Below are positions 1 to 13,444 of a stretch of DNA of 64,000 nucleotides, piece after piece. The position numbers and the translations under genes were made by a program. The stretch's first letter is position 1. Every line of letters begins with the position of its first letter. The DNA comes from Octopus vulgaris (Eukaryota), in assembly GCA_951406725.2 (NCBI GenBank), contig OX597835.1, positions 4,154,001 to 4,218,000 on the forward strand. The letters are read 5' to 3'. The notes under the pieces are model-generated. The model made no database searches and was not told where the DNA came from. It saw only the letters and a list, made by a program, of their open reading frames with translations.

Positions 1-119
1 ATGTATTCAACTGATTAAAATTCTATTTATTTGATGTAATGATTGCATTGTTCAATTAAATGGAGCCGCTTGAAACGGTCGTACTGCATCACTTCTTGAT
101 ATCCTGTTGCTTATTTTGA

Positions 120-160
<41 letters not shown>

Positions 161-215
161 CTGTATATATGTATATATACACACACATCTTTACACACAC
201 ACTCACACACACACA

Positions 216-256
<41 letters not shown>

Positions 257-1327
257 ATATAGAAAAGTATTGGTTATAGAACAAACATTTAATCATTTAT
301 AAAAATCACCATGGTTTTCAAACACTTAAAAAATAATGCATATACATAAAATCACAGAAAGTAAAAATATATAATCGAATAAAATACAAATAGAACGGCC
401 TATCAAAAAGTTAAATATACACGACTAAAAATCCATAAAATACCAAAAAAAAAACTAATAGACAAATATAGAATAAATAAAGATAAGAATAAAAGGAAAG
501 AAAATAAATGCCCACCGGTGAGGATGTATGCGAGTGCACGTGTAAATTGAACAATGGTTGGAAAATAGGAAAATATGGAGTTGGTTGTAGGAAAGAATAC
601 AAGACTAAACTATTGAAGAATAATGGCGGTCTTTTGACCGAAACAATGATATGAAGACAGAATTTGAAAAGGATAAGAAAGATGGAGAATGAGTAGAAAA
701 CAGTAATAAAAATATATGTTGACTTACGATTTAACAATAAACTCAAGATGGAAAAATTGCAAAATAAAGCAGAGATAATAATATAAATTGTCTTTCAGCT
801 TTGACAGTAAATAGGGGACAATTGTGCAAGTAACGTATGGAGGAAAGTGGAATGCTTTCGAAGCTTTGAAAGCAAACCAGGAAAGAGAGAAAGACTCTTG
901 TAGATGAGTAAAATGATTGGGTGTTTGCAGGTTTGGGGAAAAAGGTAGGGAAAAGTTGAAAGTAGAAATAAGGAAGTCGTGAAGGAAAAGAAGTACATCA
1001 AAGAACTGGACTAGAAGGGTGGTAATAGTAGTAGTAGTAGTAGTAGTAGTAGTAGAGAGAGAGAGAGAGAGAATGGGAGAAAGAGCTTTCTCTTTCTCTC
1101 ACTTTCTTTCTGCGTTTGTCTTTTGTCAAATACGTTGTAGGTACAGCTGGAATAAACGTTATTGTCTTAGGTGCCGAAATTATAATGATTGATTATGATG
1201 AATTATGATGAATTGGCTACTGATGAAGGGATCAGACTTGCACACGTCCGCTTCAACTGGCTTTTCGTTGTTCCTGTAAATTTATACACGCACACACATA
1301 CACGGATGTGTGTGTGTTTGTATACAC

Positions 1328-1379
<52 letters not shown>

Positions 1380-1466
1380 TCACACACGCACACACATATT
1401 TATATGTGTATGTATATATATATATACATATATGTATGCATGTATGTGCATGTGTATATATATATA

Positions 1467-1580
1467 CCGAATATACTCGAGTAATAGTCGATTTTGAGTA
1501 AAAGTCGACCCCCTATTTTGGGCCCAAAAATTGGGAATTTTTCCATAAATCCCATATAAAAGTTGACCCTAGTATTTCAC
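1467..1580 (+). mobile_element. Possible Tc2/pogo-type DNA transposon terminus
   Basis: TA followed by CCGAATATACTCGAGTAATAGTCGA, resembling CCGTATATACTCGAGTATAAG-type TIRs, with subterminal repeats AAAAGTCGACCC/AAAAGTTGACCC. It sits at the end of a (TA)n tract; no partner TIR found. Confidence 0.4.
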
Positions 1581-2091
1581 GAACAATAGGAAAATATTTG
1601 TGGGTCAAGGTACCGTATTATCCTGTACGGACAAATAACACTGTTACAAAATTGAGTGGCTGCCTTATTGTAGCTTGCTCTACAGGTGAAATGCTCGGTG
1701 CTTATAGGAAGACACTATGTAATAGCGATCAGTACACATCTATTGATGGGTGCTACATCATTATTACTAAAATGTATGCACAGGATGCGCTGCAAGTCTG
1801 CATACATCTTGAAGCGCAATAAACATATGCGTCAAACACTCGTTGTTTACATGGTGAGAAACAGTACTATTGGCGAACACTGGTAAACGCCACTGTCTGA
1901 ATTCGTACAAAGCATGACTTTGGTAAGCCTAAAAACTGTCAATTAATCTCTAGGTCAGTGGTTCCCACTCGACCTTTACATTTTCCCTATCTCCAAATAC
2001 AGTAAACACATGCGTCATACGTTCGTCTGTTTACAGGGTGAGAAATGTGTTTCACAGACAGCACAATCGGCGAACAACGTAAAGCTATTTT

Positions 2092-2691
2092 GGCGAGCTG
2101 GCAGAAACGTTAACACGCCGGCCAAAATGCGTAGCCGTATTTCGCCTGCCGTTACGTTCTGAGTTCAAAATTCCGCCGAGGTCGACTTTGCCTTTCATCC
2201 TTTCGGGGTCGATAAATTAAGTACCAGTTACGCACTGGGGTCGATGTAATCGACTTGATCCGTTTGTCTGTCTTTGTTTGTCCCCTCTGTGTTTAGCCTC
2301 TTGTGGGTAGTAAAGAAATAGGTATTTCGTCTGCCGTTACGTTCTGAGTTCAAATTCCGCCGAGGTCGACTTTGCCTTTCATCCTTTCGGGGTTGATAAA
2401 TTAAGTAGCAGTTACGCACTGGGGTCGATGTAATCGACTTGATCCGTTTGTCTGTCTTTGTTTGTCCCCTCTGTGTTTAGCCTCTTGTGGGTAGTAAAGA
2501 AATAGGTATTTCGTCTGCCGTTACGTTCTGAGTTCAAATTCCGCCGAGGTCGACTTTGCCTTTCATCCTTTCGGGGTCGATAAATTAAGTACCAGTTACG
2601 CACTGGGGTCGATGTAATCGACTTGATCCGTTTGTCTGTCTTTGTTGTTGTTCCCCTCTGTGTTTAGCCCCTTGTGGGTAGTAAAGAAATA
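2092..2691 (+). mobile_element. tRNA-derived SINE family A, head plus 3 tandem ~184-bp units
   Basis: Head GGCGAGCTGGCAGAAACGTT, B-box-like GAGTTCAAATTCC, core GCCTTTCATCCTTTCGGGGTCGATAAATTAAGTACC (Nin/Deu-like, from recall). Units start at 2137, 2322 and 2506. Confidence 0.9.
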
Positions 2692-2794
2692 TATTTTCTT
2701 GATTAGACAAGTCTGTTAATATTTTGGAAGTGTAAGAGTTAATATTGGTCTCAAATTTTAGGACAAGGTTAGTACTTTTAGGACAAGGTTAGTC

Positions 2795-2950
2795 CTTTTG
2801 GGAAGGGGCTGAGTCGATTACATCGATCTCAGTGCTCGACTGCTACTTATTTTATCGACCCCGAAATGATGAAAGCCAAATTCGTCCTCGGCGGCATTTG
2901 AACTCAGAACGTTAATACGGACGAAATGCGTGCTAACAATTCAGCCGGTG
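2795..2950 (-). mobile_element. Degenerate SINE A copy
   Basis: AGTCGATTACATCGA...TTTATCGACCCCGAAATGATGAAAG...TTTGAACTCAGAACG is the reverse complement of the family A body. Confidence 0.75.
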
Positions 2951-3422
2951 GCAGTTAAACATTGGGAGGTGAGGGGTCAATGTAATCGTCTTATCCCCTC
3001 CCTTGAAATTGCTGGCCTGGTGCCAAAATTTGAAATCAATATCAATTTTAGTAATGTCCGTCTTTTGAACTCTGCGTGTTGATACATTTTAGAAAGTTCA
3101 TTTATTGTTATTCTTCGTGCAAAACGTGTTTTGTTCATTATTTCCTCGGTGGTCAAGTTCACTTGTTGTTGTTCAAGGTGTCATTGCTTAAAACCTCTGA
3201 AGAGATAACGAAAAAAATTCCAAATGCAAACAAAATGACTTTGAAAGTATCAACCTTCCTCGTTTGTTTCGGTAAATAAACTTCGCGCGTTTGAAGATCC
3301 ATTCTGTCTCTTAATGTCACGGAGAAGTAAATGATTCAGTCTGAAACGGTAAAGGATACAGAAATTAGATGTCAGGGGCTGTCACGGGATAGCATCTTAC
3401 CATGGTAAGATACAACGACAAT

Positions 3423-3841
3423 AAGGTGGTGAGCTGGCAGAATCGTTAGCGCACTGGACGAAGTGCTTAACGGTATTTCGTCTGCCGCTACGTTTTGAGT
3501 TCAAATTCCGCCGAGGTCGACTTTGCCTTTCATCCTTTCGGGGTCGATAAATTAAAGTACCAGTTACGCACTGGGGTCGATGTAATCGACTTAATACCTA
3601 TGTCTGTCCTTGTTTGTCCCCTCTATGTTTAGCCCCTTGTGGGTAATAAAGAAATAGGTATTTCGTCTGCCGCTACGTTCTGAGTTCAAATTCCGCCGAG
3701 GTCGACTTTGTCTTTCATCCTTTCGGGGTCGATAAATTAAGTACCAGTTACGCACTGGGGTCGATGTAATCGACTTAATTCGTTTGTCTGTCCTTGCTTG
3801 TCCTCTCTGTGTTTAGCCCCTTGTGGGTAATAAAGAAATAG
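3423..3841 (+). mobile_element. SINE A, head plus 2 tandem units, with 18-bp TSD
   Basis: Second unit starts at 3658. Flanks GGTAAGATACAACGACAA (3404-3421) and GGTAAGATACAACAACAA (3841-3858). Confidence 0.9.
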
Positions 3842-6127
3842 GTAAGATACAACAACAACAGCAACAATCATTGGTTTTCTGTATCAGCCACAAGAGCTAA
3901 CAAGAGAGTTATACAATAGTTTTCAATGAACATTAAAAACATGGTTTACATATAAAATAGATAATTAAAATAATATATATAATTGTAATAATGACATACA
4001 ACCATTTATGGTCACCCATACAGAAACGGATGGGGACCGACTTGTTAGGTCCAGTCGAAGCGTCCCATGTTTCTGCTCACTCATCAAATATTGTGTATTT
4101 TTTTTCGCCGATCTTCAGAATCACCCCACGATATGTCTTGACTTGTTTTCTCCAGAAACGAACCTACATCTTCCGTGTAGAAATATTTTACTCGTTCATA
4201 AACTTTTCTTGTGGTCTTCACCAACGTTCGACCTGTTGAACACTCTACGTTGTACTGATTTAACTCTTGTCCCACCCAAACCCCCATATTGGTCGGTTTA
4301 CATTCCTTCGTTTATCAATTCGATCAATCCCTTGTTTCAAATAGTTTCCAAAATATAGTACTAAACGCAAAAAGTCTGCTGCTGACCCTAAAGAGGTTGT
4401 GAGGTATTAAATTTCTTTACTGAGTGTCAATACTATTCACCTGTGATAAGAGAGAAGAACAGCTAAAGGTTGACGGCTGGAACACAGGTGACTTAGTTCT
4501 GTATCAGAGCCACACTGACCAAATTCGATCCCCTTTTCTTTTCTTTCTTTGGCTGTTGATTTGTTTTGGTTCTGAGGAAGAAATCATTGTGCAGTGTCCC
4601 TATATGTTCAGTCAATTAATCGATCGAATTGAACCATGAATGCATCCAAATGAGTCTATAATAGATAAAGAAATAGATGTATATAACCCATTATTTTTTA
4701 CTTTTACATATAGATAGACAGATAAAACTTTAAATGCAGATTCTTTAACCTTGTACAAGTGACATTCTAAAGCAAAATCTATAAATACTGTATAATATTT
4801 TATCTTCTGGCAGACTGTATGGTGCAGAGTGAAGACGTCTTAGTAATTCTGTATATTCAAGAGGTTACCAACCAAGAGAAGGAGAGAGAGAGAGAAGGAG
4901 AAAGAAAGAAAGCGAGAGAGAGAGAAAGTACTTTTATCACTTTCCGTTGTTACAGCTCTGACACAGTCACGATTTATGCAAATATCTTCAGCTCTGATAG
5001 CATGTCACTGATCTGAACCTATTTCGTACCTTGCTTATATAATCTTTAAAATGTTGGATCGTTGTAACACCAGCTTCGGTATACAGTATACTTAGTAAAA
5101 CCGGAATTTAAATTATTTCTGAGATTTACTGAGATGATATTTTATGTGGAATAAAACACTGGAAATAAGGCAGAAGGCATGAGACACCAGGAATAAATCA
5201 CCAGAAATATGGCAGCTTCATGAAGACATCTCAAAAGAATCATACACGATACTGATTTTCAAGTAATGTCGATGTAAATATTTCAAAATAATGTATGACC
5301 TCTGGGAGTGTTAAAAGTCCTCAAAATGATTTTATGAATAGCAAATTATGTCGAATGAATGGGTCGCGTCACATTGTTATAATGGCTGTTGTACATGGAC
5401 GCAGCCATACAATTACGTGGCACTTGGGGGCGTTTACTGCTTCTGGTCAGCAAAAGCTGTGTAAATGCATGTGTGTAGCGGAAGCTGTGCGATATCACCG
5501 GAAGTACTGTAAATGTAATTCAAATAACAAGTTTGACACACAACAACGTCAGGTTGAATCTGACCGGAGATTGGATTAAGGGCTCTAATATATACGGAAT
5601 ACTCAGCCATATCTAAACACAGTAATCATCGAAAGCGACGGAGGATCAAAAAACTCAAATGTCTAGATGCACTGAAAATTTTAAAATAAAATGAGAATTA
5701 AATTGATTTCGTTTCTTCTTATTTAAGATTTCAAAAGTTTGGCGTCACAGAAGAACCAATTCCTTTCTTGTTCTAGTTGAAAGAAACAGTTCCTGTTCGC
5801 CCCAGTGTGTCTGTGGAATGGTGGATTTTAATAAAATTCTTAATACTTTCAAACAACACCATCCGACAGACACGCAGTCATTTCTATTCGGGTCTTGCGA
5901 CTGGCGTTGCCTTATTGTGCTATCGCTTTTGTTTTCACTTTAATAAACATGAAATTTGTCGAGAGAAAAACTAGAATGATGTGTTTGCATAAGTTTGAAA
6001 GATTTCGCAGCAGGACTCAATATGAAGCTTTTAATGTCTCTTGTTGCTAAGCATTCTTAACTGAGTGCCGAACAAATAGATTATTTCTATAAACTAAACC
6101 AAACTTCACAATCGACTATTATTATTA

Positions 6128-6280
6128 TGGCAGAATCGTTAGCACGTCGGGCGAAATGCTTACCGGTTTTTCGTCTGCCGCTACGTTCTGAGTTCAAATG
6201 CCGCCAAAGTTGACTTTGCTTTTCATCCTTTCGGAGTCGACAAATTAAGAACTCGTCAAGCACTGGGGTTTGATGTGATC
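6128..6280 (+). mobile_element. SINE A, 3'-truncated
   Basis: TGGCAGAATCGTTAGCACG...GAGTTCAAATGCCGCC...TTTCATCCTTTCGG. Confidence 0.8.
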
Positions 6281-6284
6281 TCCA

Positions 6285-6612
6285 AAATGTCCAATGCCAT
6301 TCCCTGCAAATCTGGTTCTATATCAGAGTGACCTTCCCCTAGAGACATGCTTCAACAGAAGGTGAGGGGTGTCTCACTCCCAGTGGTCTTTCAGCACGCC
6401 GGACACCATCCCGGGATTTCTGCGTACCTGTGCTATTTATTGCTAGATAGCCGTTGAGCCTGCATTAGGGTCATCCCACCTTTCAACAGGTCTTGCTTTT
6501 ATTCCTGCTGGGTTTCTAGCAACCCTCCTCACCAGGATAGCTTGGTGGGGGTGCCAGTTTAGTCACCAGCAACGGGACCATGCAACAGGTTGTACTGGAT
6601 TTAATGTTACTA
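6285..6612 (-). mobile_element. Possible RTE-clade LINE 5' UTR fragment
   Basis: Minus strand reads CCCGTTGCTGGTGACTAAACTGGCACCCCC...CCTGGTGAGGAGGGTTGCTAGAAA, resembling RTE 5' leaders as I recall them; no ORF support. Confidence 0.35.
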
Positions 6613-6935
6613 GTAGCACTTATAAGTAACCTCACATAACATACATACATACCTACATACACACATATACACACACACACGCGCTCGCACACACACATAT
6701 ATTTGTATGTGAATATGTATGCGTATTTTATTATCTCCATTGCATTGAGTTCAGTCGAAGTGGATTACTTGCATATTCAGTATTCAATACAGGATACGAG
6801 AGTAGAGTTTACACACACACACATACATACACACATACACACATGCCTACATACACACATACATACACACACATACATACATGCATAGATACATACGTAC
6901 AACTATTCACATACATACATACATACATACATACA

Positions 6936-6967
<32 letters not shown>

Positions 6968-8321
6968 CACATATATATCCTGTGTGTAACAGCTGGGTGT
7001 ACGACAGCTACTGGTGTGTTTAGAGCTCCACGTAGATTATTATCGTTCGATCTACTTTCAATAAAGTGATGTCTCGCTCAGCAGTATGACTAGTTATGAA
7101 ATATAGTGCAAATTTTGGAGAAATTTAGATAAACACAAGTTTATATTATCAGTTCTTATTTATGTTTCCCTATTCTGGTTGCTTGGAACCCTGCATCCTT
7201 AAATCATCCAAGTGCATTTGGATGCTTAACCAGAATGGATCGTCAGAGAACATTTTATTGCATGATTTACCGTGGACCGCTTGTTTTTAAATTGATTTGG
7301 AATCGATAGAAACCAGTTTATACTGATTTGTCGCACATAAGACATTAGCTCGAATATTGATTTGTCTAAATTTATGATCCCAACAAACCGGAAATCAAAA
7401 CCTGAAGCATCCTCATCAAATTTGACAAATAATAAACTGGTCAGTTTCTAATTTCATTCTTCAATTCAAGCAGCAGTATTTCTTTTCTTTTCTTTTTTTT
7501 ATATCAGTCACTTCTTCTCATTTAATCTTCACCTTCCACTGAAATTAATACAAATCTTTTTTTATTCTCTCGGATAAAGCAATGGAATCGATACAAATAA
7601 CTTATTTCATCGGTAAAGCTTCGCAGTTTTAGACAGAAGTGTGAGCGAGCTGCAGTAGATTTAATTACTATTGGATAACACAGTTCTAGGAGTCGGGGTT
7701 GGGGGTTGTAAAGTCTTTGATTATTGGTCTTCTCTATCAAGATCAATCAGAGGGGTTGTTTGGGGTTACACAGCAACAATATGAAGTCCATTATATATTC
7801 TTTATTGGTTTTATTTTCCATCGTTATATCCTTGATTCTTAGCATTATATTTCTCCGGGAAAATCAGTGCATTAGGCCCTATAGTTTTAATTTATTGACA
7901 GCAAGCCATGGCATACATAACTCAGAATTGGGTCCGTAGACCCGTGTGGTCCCTGGACAACCTCTCGGTGTACTTTTGTCTTCGGACGGTACTGCCTTGA
8001 TACCATCAGCTTCAAAGACTTCCAAACCTGCGAGTCATGTTGAGCTTCAGGTGTGAACATTTTCAAAGAATATCGAAGGACTTGTCCGGAAATAGCTGAG
8101 ATTTTTGGAATAATGTTGTATGGAGGGTGACAGCTGAGAATCACCCGAGTCTTGGCAAGTCTATTTTTCTGTGTTTTAAACTTTCAATTTCTACTGGGGC
8201 GAGTTTTGCATCTCAAATTGTAAAACAGCCAAAAACAGACGGATAGCAACAACAACAACAACAAAAACAGCAGCAGCAGCAGCAGCAACAACAACAACAA
8301 CAATAATGATAATAATAATAT

Positions 8322-8682
8322 CAGTAAATATAAATTGAAAAAAATGTGGCATCTCAAGGCGACTACAGTACCAGTGGTTGTAGGATCTCTAGGAATGATA
8401 AAAAAAGGTACTGAAACCTATTTGAAAATGATTCCAGGCTTACCATCCCTACAGGAAGTGCAAAAAATCGTATTAACTGGAACGGCTCATGTACTGAGAA
8501 GAGCATTATCGCTGTGAAAACAACATCCATTCATGAATTTATTTGTTTATTAAATTTTTAAATACATATTTTACCTGTGAATTTGCGTGTGTAATCTGGG
8601 AATGCATACAATGCCCTTCTCTGCAGGTGTACGGAAAACATTCGGGGAGAAATGGAAGAAAATTTGAAGAAAGAAGGAAAAA
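8322..8682 (+). mobile_element. R4/Dong-clade LINE 3' fragment (RLE C-terminus plus 3' UTR)
   Basis: ORF 8335-8517 KMWHLKATTVPVVVGSLGMIKK...LQEVQKIVLTGTAHVLRRALSL is homologous to the end of the 17673-20266 element; flanked by (AAT)n on both sides. Confidence 0.88.
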
Positions 8683-8683
8683 C

Positions 8684-8759
<76 letters not shown>

Positions 8760-8829
8760 TAATAATAATAATAATAATAATAATAGTAATAATAATAATA
8801 ATAATAATAACAACAACAATAATAATAAT
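8683..8829 (+). repeat. (AAT)n microsatellite
   Basis: Directly visible; abuts the LINE 3' end. Confidence 0.97.
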
Positions 8830-8933
8830 GAACTCACTCTCCCGTCGAAGACGGCGTATGAGTGTTCAGCTGTTTACCGAACGACCTGTACAAATGATTT
8901 GTTTAAAGTGATGAAATGTATGTACTGCATATC

Positions 8934-8995
<62 letters not shown>

Positions 8996-9009
8996 CTCTC
9001 TCCTTCAAA

Positions 9010-9190
9010 TTGACATTGTCTGAACAGGTGCAAGGTTTACCACGCGTCAGGTGTCAAAGTGACAACAGAGCAATGTGAGATGAAGTGTTTTGCTCAAGAA
9101 CACACTACGCATCATCCAACCTAGGAATTGAAACCACGATCTCGCGAACGTAAGTGCAACATTCTACCTACTTCTAGACCATGTGAATGT
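9010..9190 (-). mobile_element. Degenerate SINE D
   Basis: GAGCAATGTGAGATGAAGTGTTTTGCTCAAGAACAC...GGAATTGAAACCACGATCT matches the reverse complement of 62287-62420. Confidence 0.7.
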
Positions 9191-9224
9191 AGAATGCGTG
9201 GCGAAAGAGGAAAAAACAGTTACA

Positions 9225-9623
9225 TAGGCGCAAGAGTGGCTGTGTGGCAAGTAGCTTGCTTCCCAACCACATGGTTCCGGGTTCAGTCCCTCTACGTGGC
9301 ACCTTGGGCGAATGTCTTCTACTATAGCCTCGGGCCAACCAAAGCCTTGTGAGTGGATTTGGTAGACAAAAATTGAAAGAAGCCCGTCGTTTATATGTAT
9401 ATATATATATATGTGTGTGTGTTTGTGTGTCTGTGTTTGTTCCCCCAATATCGCTTGACAACCGATGCTGGTGTGTTTACGTCCCCGTAACTTAGCGGTT
9501 CGGCAAAAGAAACCGATAGAATAAGTACTAGGCTTACAAAGAATAAGTCCTGGGGTCTATATGCTCGACCAAAGGCGGTGCTCCAGCATGGCCGCAGTCA
9601 AATGACTGAAACAAGTAAAAGAG
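9225..9623 (+). mobile_element. tRNA-derived SINE family B with internal (TA)n(TG)n microsatellite
   Basis: Head AGTGGCTGTGTGG...GGTTCCGGGTTCAGTCCC, CORE-like CACCTTGGGCGAATG, tail GCAGTCAAATGACTGAAACAAGTAAAAGAG. Confidence 0.9.
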
Positions 9624-9679
9624 ATTTGCAGTTTCTGAATATAAAGATACTTGTTCAATTTTATAAGAACTGAAAACGT

Positions 9680-10400
9680 AACTAAGTTATTAAAAGTACA
9701 CAAAATTTAGACATGAACACAGAAAAAAATGGTTTGGTCGTAAAACAACAATTTGTTGAAAGTAACCGTTTAAAGGTATTATAGGATATGAATAGTCAAA
9801 CGTCCAGATATTGTTGTACTCTGTTGTATTTGGGGAAAGTCATTTTCTTTTTGTATCTTATAATGTAACACACTCACCGGTAAAATTTCCACTTATTTCT
9901 TATATTTTTAAAATAAGAAATAAGTGGAAATTTTACCGGTGAGTGTGTTACATAAGGCACAAAAAGAAAATGACTGTCTCCAGACACAACAGAATATGCT
10001 TCAACACACGAACTCACATAAAGAATCTTGCAAACCAAATCCCAAAACGAAATATTGTTGTACTCAATACATAAGAAAGAGTATGCTGTTTAATTGATGT
10101 TACTTTCCCCATTTGATACAAGAGGGGAAGACAATGGACGTGAAATAATAGAAAAAAATATACCGAGATTTAAAACAAGAACTTTAAAAGAATCTGGAAT
10201 CGCCGTAAAGTTGTTATTGTAATTGTTAAAAGGGACCTTAGGAATAGTTAGAGGTACCGATGGCTGGTTGAAGATGCTGGATAACGAGAGGAAATTCCTG
10301 AAACTACAGAAAGTCTGTTTACTTGGCGCAGCAAGGATTAGAAGAAAAGGGATGCAATTTGATATCTGACGATGCGATACGAACAGAACAAGAAATGATA
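9680..10400 (+). pseudogene. Degenerate R4/Dong RLE-domain fragment interrupted by a palindromic insert
   Basis: Reads VESNRLKVL*DM..KRPDIVVL up to 9821, resumes at 10066 as NT*ERVCCLIDVTFP, then ...LQKVCLLGAARI. Confidence 0.75.
9822..10051. mobile_element. ~230-bp fold-back insert with 14-bp TSD
   Basis: Arms 9820-9903 and 9913-9993 are inverted repeats; ATATTGTTGTACTC is duplicated at 9808-9821 and 10052-10065. Confidence 0.85.
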
Positions 10401-10856
10401 GAGGAACAAAATGAATGAATGATGATGATGATGACGTCGAGGAGGAGGAGTAGGAGTAGGAGGAGGATGGTGATGATGGTGATGATAAACCTCATCATCA
10501 CATTTAATACTAGAGAAACTAATCTAGTTCCATAAACGACCAAATGTTGAGTCTTCTCTTCGTGACGTTGGCAAAATCAGAAGATCAGCAACAAAGAAGA
10601 AATTCATGATTTTCAAGAGACACTCGTTTTAATATCACGAAACTAGAAAATTGATGTCAATGGGAGAAAATGATTTTTAAAAATATGCTCAGAAAACATT
10701 AATAAATGAATTCTTATTTATTGCTTTTTTATGTATTTTGCCGTCGTTTCGAGTGATTTCGAGGAGGAAAGCATTTGCTGCAAACGTGATGTATTTCGTT
10801 GAAGATGAGTGGAACAGATTAAAACAAGATACGCAAATAGAGCCATGTTGCTGCTG

Positions 10857-10934
<78 letters not shown>

Positions 10935-11211
10935 GTGCTGCTGCTGCTGCTGATGATGACAGTGAGAAGAGCAACAACAACAGTTACACCAATAATAAAT
11001 GAGTTTTTCTATTATGAATCTATTAATTGTTATTCTTGTTCAAGTTGTTGTAATTGCCATGCAGTGGCGCCGCTTAGCGTCAATTCCTGCTGTTCAGCTC
11101 GATGGTGGACAATGTAATTAATGAGAGATTCTAGATACATATACATACATATGCATGTGTGTGTGTGTATGCATGTGTATATATGTACGTAAATGTATGT
11201 ACCTACGTATG

Positions 11212-11242
<31 letters not shown>

Positions 11243-11373
11243 ACATGCATGCATAAACATATATATGTATATATATATATACACATATATATATATACAC
11301 ATATTTACATATAGATATATATAGATATATAGTTATACATATACATACATATACACACACATACATGCATATA

Positions 11374-11421
<48 letters not shown>

Positions 11422-11566
11422 AATACATATACAATATATATATATAGATTTATACAAATAAATACATGCAGTCATGCATATATACATGCGCTCACGAACA
11501 CTACAGGCACACAGTCACACATATAGACATATAAAACAACATACACCTTGGCATTGCCTTTACACA

Positions 11567-11617
<51 letters not shown>

Positions 11618-11731
11618 GGATAAAAGACGTCACATGTACATAGAAAGACACATGCTCTGTCTCTGTCCGTCTGCCTGCCTATCTACTTGTCTGTCTGACA
11701 ATCTGTCTGTCAGTCTGTCTGTTTGTCTGTA

Positions 11732-11764
<33 letters not shown>

Positions 11765-11884
11765 CTCTCTTTCTCTCACACACTCACACACACACACAAA
11801 TCTGTGCGTATACAAACATCAAAACAGCGCAGCCATATTGATGTAGGTGATCCTTCATCAAGTATCGTTTTGGATTTCAATATT

Positions 11885-12245
11885 CTTTTCAGACCTGAAA
11901 TTTTGGGGGGAGGGTGCCAGTCGATTAGATCGACCCCAGTACGCATTTATCGACCCCGAATGGATGAAAGGCAAAGTCGACCTCGGTGCAATTTGAACTC
12001 AGAACGTAAAGGCAGACGAAACACTGCAAAGCCTTTTGTAAGGGTTGGCAGAAATCCTATTAAACACCCTTCTCCTTCTTCTTCTTCTTCTTCTCCTTCT
12101 TCTTTCTTCATTTTCTTCTTCTTCTTCTTCTTCATAATGATAATAATAATAATTATAATAATAAGGCGAGCTGGCAGAATCGTTAGCACGCTGGGCAGAA
12201 TGCTTAGCGGCATTTCGTCTGTCCGTACGTTTTGAGTTCAAATTC
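11885..12245. mobile_element. Head-to-head SINE A fragments (- at 11885-12050, + at 12164-12245)
   Basis: Family A body on the minus strand and a family A head on the plus strand, separated by (CTT)n(AAT)n. Confidence 0.75.
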
Positions 12246-12655
12246 AAGAACACAACAAAAATCCGGGTCGGGAATCGAACTCACTACATCATGACTGTAA
12301 AGCAGGACACTTACCACTGAGCCACGCTTCTTCACACACACACACACACACACACACACTATCCATTTATATCTATAGCTATATCTACACACACACATAC
12401 AAACATATATATATGTACGTATATATATATAACATAAATAATATATAAATATATGCATATATACATACATATATGTACATAACTACATATATATGTATAT
12501 ATACATGCATATATGGGTACAGGACATAAAAAAAACGAAGACAAAATGAGAAACGAAACAGGCAACATAAAGAACATTCCCTTCATCAGTTGCCCCCTAT
12601 TTTATCTACTCCGCGTTTCGAAGGTGGGGGCAAGACGCAACATACATACATACAT

Positions 12656-12717
<62 letters not shown>

Positions 12718-12726
12718 GCAAGGGCT

Positions 12727-12763
<37 letters not shown>

Positions 12764-13226
12764 TATATACACACGTGCGCGCGCACACACATAGCTCTTC
12801 CAAAGAAAACAAATCAGTGAAACCCTATTTGTCTCCCTTTCGTCCAACGCCGTTCGGTTGTCTTAATTTAGAAAAAATTCATACGAATCGTCGTTCAATT
12901 GCAAACATCTATTTGGTCCCTGGAATAGAATGAAATGTCAATGAAGAGATAAAAGAGGCGATAGCAACAACAACGACAACAATAGCGTGACTAGGAATGA
13001 CGACACAAAGTCTATACACATCTCCGAGCATTGTGAAGGAGGGGGGGGGGAGTAATAAATTCTCACCAATTTAGCAAAGCTAATCGAGATTCCCATCCAT
13101 GATAGAACAAGGACAGGAAATAATCCGTCATTTGATGAATGGAAATTTGCGTTTTGTCAAAATTCTGCTTCGACCTGAGCTGAATAAAAAATTCGTAAGA
13201 GGGAGGTGGTGCTGTGGGGGGAGATA

Positions 13227-13256
13227 TAATAATGATGATAATGATAATAATAATGA

Positions 13257-13341
<85 letters not shown>

Positions 13342-13363
13342 AATGATAATAATAATAATAATG

Positions 13364-13443
<80 letters not shown>
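13227..13443 (+). repeat. (AAT)n/(GAT)n compound microsatellite
   Basis: Directly visible. Confidence 0.97.

Positions 13444-13444
<1 letters not shown>

Noticed and set aside
420-1010. Possible Penelope coding remnant on the minus strand
   Set aside because: Composition resembles 49200-49720, but no convincing motif could be read.
7100-8170. Possible L1/Tx1-like ORF remnants on the minus strand (also about 4000-4360 and 57500-58200)
   Set aside because: Only faint hints (LISVEG, GHVRKN) amid many stops; cannot be supported without BLASTx.
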